Assembly: GCA_012295275.1 (NCBI GenBank)
Contig: CM022672.1
Span: 32,054,001 to 32,118,000, forward strand
DNA: 64,000 bases
Reading direction: 5' to 3'
Source of the DNA: Chrysomallon squamiferum
Taxonomy: Eukaryota > Animalia > Mollusca
In this document: piece by piece, positions 14,467 to 28,700 of the stretch
How the letters are laid out: each line of letters opens with the position of its first letter
How positions within the stretch are numbered: the first letter of the stretch is position 1
Notes under the pieces: model-generated
The model's database searches: none
What the model was told of the DNA's origin: nothing
Seen by the model: only the letters and a program-made list of their open reading frames with translations
Position numbers and translations under genes: made by a program

Positions 14467-14720
14467 CATAATCATAATAATAATAATAACAATAACAATA
14501 ATATCATCTTCATGGACACTGGTATAGCCTTATCATGGTGAAAATGAGAACTGAGGTATGAAACTGAACTGACTCACTTTCTGTCACTCTAACCCACTCT
14601 CTGTTTCTCTCTGATCTGATTTTATATTTACCTTTTGACAAAGTTTCCAAGGTTATTGAGCCACTCACTGTTATTTTTTAAAAGTCATCCTTGCTAAAAT
14701 ACCTATCCTAAAACAGAGAT

Positions 14721-14985
14721 AGTTAACTCTTTCACTGTTAACTGACAAGTTCATATCATTAACAGAAATAATGTTTTCTGAGTTGACTCTTTCAGTCTTA
14801 AAATTTCATATCAGTTACAGAAATAGTTTTCTGATTTAACTTTCATTGTTAGCTATTTTATATCAGTGACTGAAATAGTGTTTTCTGAATTAATTCTTTC
14901 ACATTAATGATAGGAATACTGTTTTTGCAGTTAACTCTTTCACTGTTAACTATTTCATATTAGTACCAGAAATGATTTTTTCTTG
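14721..14985. repeat. Degenerate ~55-bp tandem repeat (about 5 units)
   Basis: Recurring GTTAACTCTTTCACTGTTAAC...TTCATATCA...CAGAAATA.TGTTTTCTGA. Confidence 0.7.
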
Positions 14986-15678
14986 AATGCAGACAACTAT
15001 TAGGAAACTAAGTAAAAAACAGTAAAATAAATGAGTAAATAAATATCTGAAATGAATTAAAAAATAAATTAAGTAGCAGACAAAATAAATAAAAAAGTAA
15101 ATATAAATATAAATAAAGTTTCGTACAGTGAAGTAAATGCAAGGAAAGCTAAAATTGTTGAGACAGAAATAACATTTTAAAAATTCTCACATACACAAAC
15201 TCTCTTCTCTCACACAAACATACAAACAGCCAAGGACTTTATAATTAGTTGTTTTAATCACCTGCAATGCTTAACAAAATAGATTATATCCAAAACACTT
15301 GATAAAAATACTGTTGAAGTCTTTACATACCTGTCCTCATCTGTTCAGTTCATCAAAACTCACAGTCTATTTGAAAGCAGAAACTGAGTCTTGATATATT
15401 CAGGTTACTAATGGAATCACAACTCCTGAAGATGAATAAATGTCATAATTAGATGTCTTTAAATATGTCCAAATGTACACAAGTGTAGTATGTTAAAATT
15501 ATATTGTATGTATATTAAACATCCATGCTTAGCTATATTCCTGTAACAAAACATTTTTGAAGATGTAAATCTTAGTTCTACCTTTAATACATGTATAAAC
15601 AGACTGAGGAACACAGACTAAATAAATAAAATTATAGAGATAGATAAGAAGAGAAAATGATGCAGATGTAAAGAGATC

Positions 15679-15742
<64 letters not shown>

Positions 15743-16390
15743 GATAAATAAAATAGAAAATCATATAGATAGTCAGATTCAGACAGATGGGAAAACAGAC
15801 ACATTTCATTTCAAATAAGAAACATCTAATGAACCCAGAAATAATAAAAATTACGAACCAAAGTAAAACAAAATCTTTTTTTTTTTATTTACTTTGCCAC
15901 TTCCATGTTGTCAGTTTTTGTTTTGAGTTCTTGGTTTATGAGGTTTAGTAATTTGTCATCTTCAGTTGTCAGCTTCATCTTCTGAATGATGCTGTAAGGA
16001 AGGACAACTCTGTGTTAAAAACATGAAATTAGAAAAATAAAAAATAAAAAATATTAACATCTTCCTTATCAAGAAAAACAGGAGAATTCAAGTATCAAAC
16101 TGAGCCTGTTTTCATACACACTTATAACTTGACTTTTTGAAAACTTGCTGTTTTCATAATTCAGATATTCTAAAATTAAACAATGCATATTGAGACTTCA
16201 ATACATAACAATCTGAATATACTCAAAACACTGTTACAACTTCTGTGTGGAATATTACATAGTTTTTATCCCAAAAATGTATGTCTGAAAGAATTAAAAA
16301 TCAGTCTGAATATAAACATTTTAAAGGAAGTTATTTTTCTTATTATTAAACTTTTCTGTGCTGAAGTAAGAAGAGGAATGTAAGATAAAG

Positions 16391-16883
16391 AATACTGAAA
16401 CATTCTAGAAGTAAATGAGTGTAATGGTGTACTGAGATCACTGACAATACTGAAACATTCTAGAAGTAAATGAGTGTACTGGTGTACTGAGATCACTGAC
16501 AATACTGAAACAATTCTAGAAGTAAATGAGTGTACTGGTGTACTGAGATCACTGACAATACTGAAACATTCTAGAAGTAAATGAGTGTACTGGTGTACTG
16601 AGATCACTGACAATACTGAAAATTCTAGAAGTAAATGAGTGTACTGGTGTACTGAGATCACTGACAATACTGAAAAATTCTAGAAGTAAATGAGTGTACT
16701 GGTGTACTGAGATCACTGACAATACTGAAAAATTCTAGAAGTAAATGAGTGTACTGGTGTACTGAGATCACTGACAATACTGAAAAATTCTAGAAGTAAA
16801 TGAGTGTACTGGTGTACTGAGATCACTGACAATACTGAAACATTCTAGAAGTAAATGAGTGTACTGGTGTACTGAGATCACTA
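16391..16883. repeat. 55/56-bp minisatellite, ~9 copies
   Basis: Unit AATACTGAAACATTCTAGAAGTAAATGAGTGTACTGGTGTACTGAGATCACTGAC. Confidence 0.97.
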
Positions 16884-17977
16884 AGCAGTGTCTAAAGATG
16901 CATGGAAGGTAAAACTGAGGTCACTAAAGACACTAAAGAGCTGGATAAGAAAATGTACTGGAAATTCATAACATTTGACCCTTCACATCAAAACATGTCT
17001 TAAGTTGAATTTTGCTCACTGATTTTCACTTTGATATCTGATTCATTCCTGTATTTCTCTGCTATGTTTAAAAATAAGTGTGCTGGCAGCTGACAGAGTT
17101 GATGGAAAATTCTGTGTATTTTTCAGAAAATGAGCCATCAAGTAAACAACAGTGTTTATAAAAGTGGTCTAAAACACACCCTAGAATCAAAATCTAAAAT
17201 GTTGTGTATCTCCACTAGTCACAGACACTTAAACACTTTTGCTGTGCAACTTAAAATCTGGTTTGATATGTCAGGTCATACACATCAGTTTAAGATTACA
17301 AGAATCAAACTGTGAACAGGTTAACTAGAAATAACAAAAACCTGAAAAATGTAAGAATTTTAGGAAAACACTAACAGTATATCAACATATTTTAAAATGG
17401 TTGTATTTTAAAGTCTTGACAAATGAAACAACAGAATATATATACTCTGTGAGTCAGACTTTAAATTTACATTCTAGACCAATGAAATGTGTTTGGACTT
17501 ATAGAAAGAAACAACTTATGTGGTGCCAACATATTTTTGTGCAGTTATCAGTGCACAGAAGTGTGTAAAGAAACATTACACTTTTTCTTCTCTCTTATTT
17601 ATTCATTTACTAAGTCTATTCGAACATACTAAATTAACATTCAATTTAATTTCTTTTAAATTAATTTATTAATTTCTTATTTATCAGTATTATTAATTTA
17701 TTTACAGTGATGTTATATGATTTGCTTAGTAACATTATGTGATAACTAGTTACATATTAAAATAATTAATCTTACATTTTCTCACTCTTGGTTTTGCACC
17801 AATCTCAGATTCCTTCTCCCAAGTTGTGACTGCTTCTGACAATTCTACAGAGTAATGATGTCCTGAAATCATAAAATTTAATTATAATTATAATTTTAAC
17901 TGAATAGGATCCAACATTTTCTATGTCTTTTATCTTTATATACAGACACTTAAATGACACTCCCAACAAACACAGAA

Positions 17978-18058
<81 letters not shown>

Positions 18059-20069
18059 CTGATAAACATAGCAATATAGACAAACTTACAAAAGGTTGTG
18101 CAGGATGTTCCTTTCGATGATGTTTTGGTACAGAATTTTTTCCTGGCCGAGTAGATTTCAGTTTCCTGGTTTCAGGACTAACAGATGTTAAACCAGGATG
18201 AACTAGCAAAGAGACCTGTTATAGAAGATGCAAATAAATAAGAATAAAAAGGAATATTTAATAATATCGCTGTACTTCTCAGTATTAATAGCTATCATGA
18301 TTTATGTATGAAAAATAATTACAGTTAAAGAGAACGTTTAAATATTAATATTTCTTAAGTATGAAACTAAATTTCTGAATAGAAATTGTACAAAGAAAGA
18401 GAAATTTCTCTATAAGTTTTCTTCACTGGCAGGTAAAGGATGTTTTACATGCACTTTCAGAAGACAGGAATGAACATAGCACATAATAATAATTATTGTA
18501 ATAATACAAATAATAATGGTGATGATGACAACAACAACAACATTAACAATAAACTGAATAAGTGAGTCTTTTGTCTCCAGTAAGGTTTCAACTCTGACCT
18601 GAACCATGCAATAATTTGGTTTATAATAATAAATATTGTGAAAATAACAACAACAACAACAAAAACAAACTGAATGAAAATTCTTCTGACTGTTTAACAC
18701 TCATCACATACCTGGTCCATAACAAGCATACATGAACATTAATGGTTCTTCATAAGTTTTTTCATTCTTACCTTTAATGAGTTAAGTCCTTGATCAACAG
18801 TGACACATTTAACTGCTTTATTACAGGTAGTTGTGTAAGAACAGAACATCCCCAAGTCATCACTGCAGGAAAGAATTTCATATCCTCTGTAGAGAGAAAT
18901 AAATAAATTTATTAATAAATTAAATACACATGTATCATAACATATCTTAATGCAACACACTAATCAAAATGAAACAATTCAGATGATATCAATAACTCAA
19001 AAAGGAAATAATATATTAATATTTTCTTTAAAAAGCATAATTAAAAAATAAAACAAAACAACTGTATATTCTATCAGTAATTGATTAAGAGCAAAATTAT
19101 AACTATTAATGGTAATAAAAAACGAAATACTGAAAAAGCAAAATTAAAACAGATCCATTAACATGATATCAGTCTGTCAGTTAATATTGATAAAACATTC
19201 AATCAATTATTTTCATTCTGCGTGTGTGTGTGTGTTTTTCATTATGTGTGTGTGTATGTGTGTGCGTGTGTGTTATTTCAAAGGTGGAAATATGATTTCA
19301 GTTAAGACAGTGATATAACATATTATTATGCTGGCAGGATATCTCTAGATACGTAATAATAAAACAAATAAGAATGATATTTAAAATAAAAATAAATAAT
19401 TCATTAGTAACAACGTGTGTGTAAATTAAAAAGCTATCATAAAGAGTTGAAAATATTAGTACATAATTGTGATTTCAGGAAACAAAATTAGTATATAGGT
19501 ACAAAAACAAAAATGTATGGATGTATTTGTGCATAATTGTTTGTTTATATGTATGCTTTTTTATATCTATTCACAAATGTACGTAGATATATCTGTATGT
19601 ATTTATTGGTGTGTGTTCATGTTTGAACACATATATATATAATAATGGATGTAACATGTTCATATGTTTGCAAGTAAGTATGTATAAATGTTTGTATGTT
19701 ATGCATGTATTTACATAATAATGTATATATGAGTTAACTATCCCAACAGGTTTGGAGTGATGATTAAAAGCTTAGGGATACAGTGAACAAAACACAGTAA
19801 ATGAGTAATATCTGCACTGACATTTCATGCTGAAAGAAATATAAATCAGATTAAAAGATCAAATAAATAAACACAGCATTTTTAAATATATGTATTTATA
19901 CAAATAAATAATGGCTGCATACACACATTATTACAGAAGTCTCCTGTATTTGATCACGATAGCATCAAGCTTGTTGTAAATGTTTGTAACTGACGTCTCT
20001 GCACAGCATACATAGCTCCGCCTCCAAAAGGGAGGTAACCCTATCATTACAGGTTAGACAACCCTAAAA

Positions 20070-23000
20070 CGACGGCGGTCAAATCACTTTGACAAAGTTA
20101 TAAATTGTCGGATTTGCCAGTGAATTTCTCTGGATTTCTAAAGAGATTGCCACTATAACTTTAAAAAGCCGTCAGCAGGGTTTCAAGTACTTCAGTGAAA
20201 GTTACTTGAATGATGTTAACATGTTTTAGAATGATGACATCGACATTTTTACGCCAGCCAAATCACACCGGTCCGTGAAGAAAAGCGAAAAACATCATGG
20301 GACCTACGTGGATATGTAACGGTGACATCTTATGCTCGTTGTTCTTGTCAGGCAGGATAAGTAAAAACCGGATTAATGATTTTATTTACGTTGGCGAGTT
20401 TTTAAAAGTGCATCCAGACATTTCCTGTGGATGGCTGGCGAGCATTTAAAACCCAAATCTTTAAGTTTGCTGAAAAAATGTTGAAGAAAAAAATAAATCT
20501 TTCATTGAAAGTTGGCACTAAGGCATTAATTACTTAACTGTCAGTCAACTATTCCATAAAGGATTAGATATAACATTTATCTGTACAGTAAAGTACTCAT
20601 AACAAACATGTTGATAACAAACTAACAAATCTATGAACCTGCTCCCTTACAGTTTCTACTTTATATTTTAAAAGCACACATAAACACATATGCATGTACA
20701 TGTGGATTAAAATAAATATATTATTGCAGGTCTAGTGGATCATGTTCCCACATAGCTGAGTAGTTCCTGGCTCTACAGCAATGGCAGATGATGGGTTTTA
20801 TGGAAGTTCTCACACAACTTTCTTCAGGTCACTTCCAGAGCAGTGGAGTGTGCCAAGAGGTCTGAAGATCCAAGCTACAGAAGTGGTCCACATGATGTTT
20901 GTCAACCCAAAGCCAGACCAAAAGAAAAGACCAATGCAGAATACATTGACAGACTGCCGATATAGTACATTTATTTATGTGTTTTTAACAACAATCATTT
21001 TATAATATTAATGACAATGTATGTGTGTAAATGAAAACAGCTACTTTGTTGTCTTGTGATGAGAGTTCTGTAAACCAGCAAGAAAGAAACACAGAAACAG
21101 ATACAAATAAATACATAAACCAAATGGAACAAACATCAAAATGACATGGCAAACTGGTGAAATTGTATATACAAATACATTAAAACAATAAAAGTTTAAT
21201 TTAAACAATTCATTATTACAATAAAGTTTACAATATGTAGAGCAAGTACACAGTAGTAAAATATCAATTCAGATATAATTTATCATAATATGGTATATGA
21301 TATGATATTTTATCATTTACTAAAAATATTTTGTTGTGTTTTATTAATTTCACTTTGTGTCATGATTGTCATAAGTAAACTGTTTTTTTACAGGAAGGTC
21401 AGAGTTAAAAGTGAAGATACTGATCACCTCAAAAGTCTACATGCATCTTCCATTAGCTAACTGACAAACATCTGTGAAAATACCATAGACACACATGTTG
21501 GAAATGTTCCTACAGGCAGTGGACTTTCAACACATGTAAGGCTTTCATGTTTTAGTAAATTTACTTTCTTTTAATACATGGTGGCAGAATTTTTTTTTTT
21601 TTTTGAACACACATACCATATTTAATCAATAGCAGACATCATACACAGAGAAATTTTACCACTTAATATATTAAAAACACTTTTATGTATCTGATAGGTT
21701 TTTCAACATGTACACAATGTTTTGCTATTTTCTTTGTTAAAAATACATCTTGCTCACTCATTTGTGATCCTGATCTTGCAAATGGTGGACTATTTAATCT
21801 AAGTCCTGTTTCTTCAACTTCCTTTTTAATGTTGAAACTTTTATCACCCATGAGACCATCCCCTTTGTTAAGATAACAGATTTTCAACAAGTTGTTTAAG
21901 GGTAGACTGAGAACCACTTTTTATTAAAATATCTTTGTCAGACATTGAACCACCAAACAACACAGAACTAAATGTAATGCAGCCTGTGGGATCTACAACT
22001 GCTAGTGACTTCAGGGTGTTAGCAGATTTTTAGTCACTGTATATTTAGAACTGGACTTTCAGTGAAGAGAATTTTGGAATTTTCATTTCTGTGCAGCAAA
22101 CTATAGCAAAAGTATTAGGAAACTCCTCCATATAGTCATCAGGCATGTTTTCATATAAAATATCTCTATGTGGCCAAATACTGACTTCTCCAAACCTTAG
22201 AAACACCTAGCTGAGCCAAGAATTGAAAATTATACCTGTCACTTGCTGAGTAAGGCCAAATCTGTGTCCTAAGTGTGTCAGATCTAAATTATTCCTCAGC
22301 TTACACAGAGTAAGAAATAACAGGTTATCTAAAGAGAAGCTGTTTATTAAGGAAATATTCCCTTTCCCTATATATGTTAAAATGTGCCATAAAATGATTT
22401 TGTATGAAACACATTATAATATTTTAAAAGTTGTTTTAATTTTTAATTTTTTTATCTTCAGCCACAACTTCAACTGAAAAAGTAAGTGTTTTCTTTTTGG
22501 ACAACAATTCACACTCTTTTTCACTCTTTTCCATTACTATCCTCTTCATATTAATATCAGTCTTCAAAATTGTATACTCCACAACTAAGAACATGAAATG
22601 CATTGGTTCAACCCCTGAAACATAAAAAAAAGCCTTTTGTGAATTAAAGCTTTAAATACATCTTATCCTTTCATAAATATATATAGGTTAGTTTTACCTT
22701 GCAAACAGAGGGGAGAAAAATACTTCAAAATAGCTTCCCTCAAGTTGCTCTAACAGATCTGCTGACAGTATATATGTATTAGCTTTACTATGTTTAATTC
22801 ATTATTAATGTTTTGTTGTTTATTATTTCAGGCAAAATATTTTAGAAACTTTGTGAGATAACATGTTGGAACTGTGTGTGGAAATCTGGAGTTTACAGCC
22901 TTCAACAGTGACTGTTAATGATCAGTATCCAGATCAGATCACTAAAATCACTAACAAAGATTGTTTGCTGAATGAAAAGAACCACATTAGATATCAGGCC

Positions 23001-23570
23001 AGCTGTTCCCTTTGGGCTAAAAAGTGGAAAGAACAATTGACTGCTCCCAATTTTTGAACTATTTTAAAAGGTAAAATTTCACAGACTAATTTTTATTATC
23101 TTTAATTAGAACTAAAATATTTAACTATGCAAGAATACTGAAAAGAGGGTGTAGAACATTACATTAAAAAAAAGTCAACCATGTTCATGATGTGACCTGA
23201 TTGTGAATTCTGCTTTTTGAGTTCTAAGTGCTACACCTGATAGACAGGTGTGTGAGAAAGGAAAGAACTGGACTAATCAAGTCTGTATACTCAGCCAGAG
23301 ATCCCACTACTGAAAAAGCATCTGCTCTCCCCAGTTTTTATCTTGAAATACTGACTTACTGCATGTGAAAGAGGACCACATGTGCTATTCTCAAGTCCAG
23401 GGCCAACTACTGGTGTCTGGTGCTGATTTGAGTGACTTTGTGGTGTCCACAAGAAAGGATTTGTTTATTAGAGGATTATTTCCAATACTGTTTTTATGCA
23501 GAACATGTTAAACAGGTTATGTGACTTTTATTTTCAACATGTGAAACCACTGTCAATTCAGTGCTGAATT
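20070..23570 (+). pseudogene. SWIM zinc finger + YqaJ-like exonuclease gene of the transposon (exons ~20070-20356, 20730-20958, 21394-21535, 22832-23070, ~23111-23570)
   Basis: Motifs QGFKYFSESYL, ARCSCQAG|..GSCSHIA (SWIM), SLPEQWSVPRG, VGNVPTGSGLS, QASCSLW...QLTAPNF and DHMCYSQVQGQLLVSGADLSDFVVSTRKDLFI (YqaJ YYxQVQGQ..CDFVV). Contains stops and frameshifts. Confidence 0.8.
21570..22614 (-). pseudogene. PIF/Harbinger-ISL2EU DDE transposase exon (HTH_Tnp_4 + DDE_Tnp_4), disabled
   Basis: LFLTLCKLRNNL..LGHRFG, IWPHRD..MP..FPNTFAIVCCTE (first catalytic D lost), SANTLKSL..DPTG, GSMSDK, GDGLMGDKSFNI, LNSPPF, IAKHCVHVEKPIRYIKVF. Several stops. Confidence 0.9.
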
Positions 23571-25154
23571 TTATTACTTAATATTATTGTGCTAATAAAT
23601 GTACTTTTTAAGTGAGAGGTATTTTTTTCTGTGTGTGTGTGTAAAATACACAGGTGGATCACCATTTTTTATCTCACACTATATTGTATATATGCAGTCT
23701 GGAGAAAAAGTGTATTGCATTGTTCTATGTGTACAGATCCATTTTTTATATGTTTATTTTTACAATTTGAATCTGTTTGACTGAATCACATGTCAAACTG
23801 TCCTCTACTTCTTTGGTAACATTATCTTCAAAGTTTTCATTCTCCACACACAGAACAGCATCTTGTCTAGAAAAAACAACAACAGTGCAATAAATATACA
23901 AAACTGCATATCTCTTGTTTTCCATGTTAATCATGTCACATTAAAAATATGGCCACAAAAACACTGAATTAAAAAAAAATAATAATAAAAAAATTTAAAA
24001 TGTGCAAAAATGCAGTTAGCATTAATTTAAATAAATAACATGAACATATAGGCTTGTACTGTGCAATTCTCTATTTGTTACATACAGTTAGTAAATATAA
24101 TTAGCAATACTTTAACTGTCAATTAAATACTACAAGCAATGTTAAAAGCTTTGTTTACAAAGATACACATTTGTAATAAAAGAAAAAATGTATTGCATTT
24201 TAAAAATATTACTATAATAATATTGAAGAATGATTAGTCCCTGGTATTGTTTAGTGGAATACTTTTACATATTCTGGTACATAAAGAAAGTTTTCATTTG
24301 ATTACTTATGCATGAAGAAGACTGGAACAGATGTAAGAAAATTAAAGGTTGGCACATGTGTTTCAAACCAAAGCTAAACTAATTAAACCTACCCTTGAGT
24401 ATCCACATTTAACTCCTCCTTTTTGAAGGTTGCTTCATGGATGGGAGATAAAATGATCTGCTGGTCATCAGTCAGGAAATAACTGTCCAGACTTATCAAG
24501 AAAATGCTGAAATGTAAAAAAAATGTAGTAGGATGTTATTTTTAAATAAATATTTTCCCTAAAACATGTATGTCTATACTTACTATACCTAGTTTAGAGG
24601 CATGTAATTCAAATTAAATTCATTCTGGCAATAATGACTAATGCAATCATTTATAAATATATGTTTTGTAAATAGAAGTTTAAATATTATATACCTTGTA
24701 ATTTTGTATTTAAGGCTGTAACACTTTTGTTTTGAACTAATACTGGATGTTATTCAAATATTATTTCTTCATATTTCTATTATCTTTTTTTAATCTTTTT
24801 TTCATTACAAATTAAAGAAATTAAACAATTATATTGTCCAAAAACTGGTCCAATGAAGCTATAATATGTTCAGTTCTGTGGTTGGAGAATTTCAAAATTC
24901 TTACCTTTGTACAAAGACATCTATTTGAGTTAATTTTCAGTGTATTCAGCTGTTCGTATCACTTGTGGCCTTCTGCATAAACTTGATAAAATGATCCACA
25001 TGAGGTATTTTTTGTAAATTTGATTTAGCCTGAAACAGAGAAATATATGTGATGAAAAATATATTCAAGAACCAAGAAAAACATTCAGTTACAGATAAGT
25101 AAAGAAAAAAGGAAAAGAAAGAAATAATGATATATTCAAGAATAATAAATACCA

Positions 25155-25196
<42 letters not shown>

Positions 25197-27397
25197 TAAA
25201 TTTTTATTTTCAGTGAATAACTCTTTGAATTTTTGGAAACTTGAACAATAATAGATTACAGTATTACTGCAAAAACATACAAATATATAAATATTCTTCA
25301 CAGACTGAGTCAAGAGGCCTCTGCACTATCCAATCCAATCTGTTTGACATTTCTCTTAGTTTTTATCTAGCTTTGCCTAAAAAATGTGGCTTTCCAATTA
25401 CCCAAAAATATATTTGTTTTCTATTTTTTGTTGTTATATCATGTTCTTGTTCTTTTTGTTGTTGTATTACTTTTTTTTTTTTTTTTAAATATATCTAAAC
25501 AAAAATTATAGTGAATTTCAACATGGATATGAAAATAGTAAATATGAATATAGCAATTATGAATATAGCTGATACTAATATAGTATTTAGCTCTGTATTA
25601 TTTAATTGCATTCCAAATTTTTACTGTTATAATATTAGAATAATCAGTATTGTCATGACATAATAGTTACAGTTCATTGATTAATGTTAAATTAATCTAA
25701 CTGGAACACATTTCACCTTACAAGTGATAGATATGTAAAAAACAAAAAAAGTTAATAAAAATATTAAACAAAATAATAATAAAAAAATAATACATCTGTG
25801 AACAACACAGAAAGAATAAATGTAAAGAATCAATATCACATATGTAAAACACACACACAAAAAAGAATGAAACCAGATAACTATTACATTATTGTATTTT
25901 TATTTGAGATAAATCAAGGTAAAAATGTCCAGAAGATTCAATCACCCAGTCACACATTTAATAATACACGAATGTATCAAAAATGCATTAGTGTATCTAT
26001 CACTGTTTACTGCAGAACACCTAGAGATCTCTTGTGGAACCCCAGTTGAGAATCATTGATAGATCTAACAATTTACTCAGTCTGTGAGGAATTTTTCTTT
26101 ACACAGTGTGTCACAATAAAAATAAAAATGTCACTGCTTGTGCAATTTCAGTTGAGAATCACCATCTAGTCTGCAGTGTATGTAACAATTTACTCAGTCT
26201 GTCAGGACTTTGTCTTCACACAATGTTAGAAATAGTTTCACTTGTTAACAATGGCAGTAATTTGCATGTAATTAGACTACAGTGTGAGAAGAAATGATCA
26301 CACTTCTTTGAAGGATTAATAAACAATGATCCCATGTCTTGTAATAATATCTGCAGCTAGATGAATGAGACTATTTTCATTGTGTTGTGATACTTCAGTT
26401 AATTCACATTTAGTGTGAAAAGTAGAATCTGATAAATACATGTCAGCACATTTTGTGTTGTTTGTTGCATTCATAATGGTCAGAGTGATCTAAAATATGA
26501 CAATGCATTTTAAAGTGAAATTAATAGAAGAGATTTCATCAGATCCATTGTGCAAACAAAAAGATATGTCATTTAATACAGGAAAACTAGCTGACATACT
26601 AAAACATAATGTCTATCACCAGATAGTGTGCAAAACCAACTTTTTGGCAGAGAGAAAATGAATAAATACTAGCGAGTTAGGAAAACCTGATATGATGGTT
26701 GCATCAATGCTTTCAGCAAGAAAAAAGCAACATACTATCCATTTGCAATCTGATTTTAGTTTTTTTATATACAACATGAGACAAAATAGAAAAGTTTTTT
26801 GTTAAAGCTTTGTTAGGAGAGTACTGTGTTTATGTCTTGTGTTACAAGTTATCTTACACTTTGATGTAATTTAACACATTTTATTTGTAAACAGTGAATC
26901 AAACTGATTTTCCTTTTGTGGCATTAAATTTAATACAGTATTTATGTTAACATTACAAAGCCACATTTAAACCGATTTTAAAATCCTGGTATTATATATT
27001 CAGACTGAACTAATAAAAAATTACTGATAACACTGCTTACATTTACTCTTTTCTAAATAAACAAATCTAAGCAAGACTTTAGCATTCAAGAACTGTTAAT
27101 AATAACTTTAAATGAAAATATTTAAAAAAATGACCTCTCATCATTAAATCAAATGAAAAATACAAAGTTTAATAATTTTTAACGTGTGATTAGTGATTAG
27201 TATTCATTTTTATTTCAAATATATTTTCCTGCAGGTCTAGAATAAAGCTTTAAGTCAGTATTAAGTTTTAAACAAATATTTCTTAAAGAAAAGCAATCGT
27301 TATCTACATTTCAGAACATGAACAGAATAATCAATATTTTTGCTATTCTTTTAAGTCTTTCTTTACTGATCTCCTCAAAGTGTTCATACAAATAATA

Positions 27398-27437
<40 letters not shown>

Positions 27438-28421
27438 TAATGCTCCTATTACTACAACAACAACAACTACAATTACTACTACTACTACTACTAATAATAA
27501 TAATAATAATAATAATAATCACAATAGGCATATGCATAATTCTAATATTAATCATAATATAATAGTAGTAATTTTTATTTACTGAATTGTAAGAATAAAA
27601 TAACAGCACAAAAGTGTACTTTTAAAGTTTTAAACATTAATTATAAAATAATATAAAGAAAAACAAGAAAAAATAAATAAGAAATGAAACCATTTTTAAA
27701 AATAATTAAAATATACATAAAAAAATAGTTTGTTTAAAATTTCAAATTATCAAATATAATTTTAAATATTTTAACAAAATATTTTTAGAATGAAACATTA
27801 AAAAGCCAATATCGACCTGTTGTTTCACACAAAAATATAAATAATACTTCAGTGAGAGATACATTCCTGTACACACATCACATTGCAGTCTTTAACAGAA
27901 TGATCTGAACATCAAAGAAACACTGATCCGTCTTTAAAAGACTGAGTCCACTGCAGAAATTCATGTCTTAATAAGACTGAGACAGTACAGAACTAAATCT
28001 ATTGTAATATATCTGTTATAAATAACTAAAATACAGTGTTTACTGATTATGGTGAGCACAGCTTGAATCTGTTTTTATTTTGATAATATATTTTGTAATT
28101 AATGTAATACTATTTTAAAATAAAAACAAAACATAACAGATCAGATGAAGAAAAGGCTCTAATTAAATCATTCATCTCAAGCTTTCCAACTGAAGACAAC
28201 TCTTACACACAAGACACTTAGAAGAAAACATCAGGTGACACCTAAAGAATGAGACAACATTTTGGGGAAATGCTGCTAAATGCAAATGACTCCTTCATCT
28301 TTGACACTCAGGTACATGATTATGATGCTCACTGCTAGAACTGACAAAATACTTCAGTATCAAGTTGAGGCAGGCCACAAAAGGGAAGCCTCACAAAGCC
28401 TCTCTGATGGAAAAATAATAA

Positions 28422-28700
28422 TGTGGCATCTGTAAACAACATAATGGACAGCACAGAATGTTAGTGAACTTGTTGACAGGACAGGCTGACGTCAGCTCAA
28501 GGACACGTGACAAGCACGTGTTTCACTGACGTATAAATCTATCAGAGAACAGAAAGACTTTCCTTTATTTGCATCAGAGTACTCAGTTACGTGGTAGAAG
28601 CAAATCTGAATTGTGATGTGTGTTTTAGACTTTATCTCATTAAATATGTGGTTATTTCAAAGTCTCAGGACATTGTGGTTTGGTTTGGTACAGATCAACA
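28422..28700 (+). promoter_or_regulatory. LTR-like or promoter-like motif cluster
   Basis: Perfect palindrome GCTGACGTCAGC (CRE) 28485-28496; CACGTG at 28504 and 28515; TGACG abutting TATAAA at 28532; octamer ATTTGCAT at 28567; ATTAAA at 28639. Confidence 0.4.

Larger units (their letters stand above)
19913..23930. mobile_element. Decayed ISL2EU-type (PHIS group) DNA transposon in an intron of gene A; ends approximate
   Basis: A DDE_Tnp_4-type transposase (-) occurs together with a SWIM + YqaJ/lambda-exonuclease gene (+), the diagnostic pair of ISL2EU. A right TIR was not found. Confidence 0.8.
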
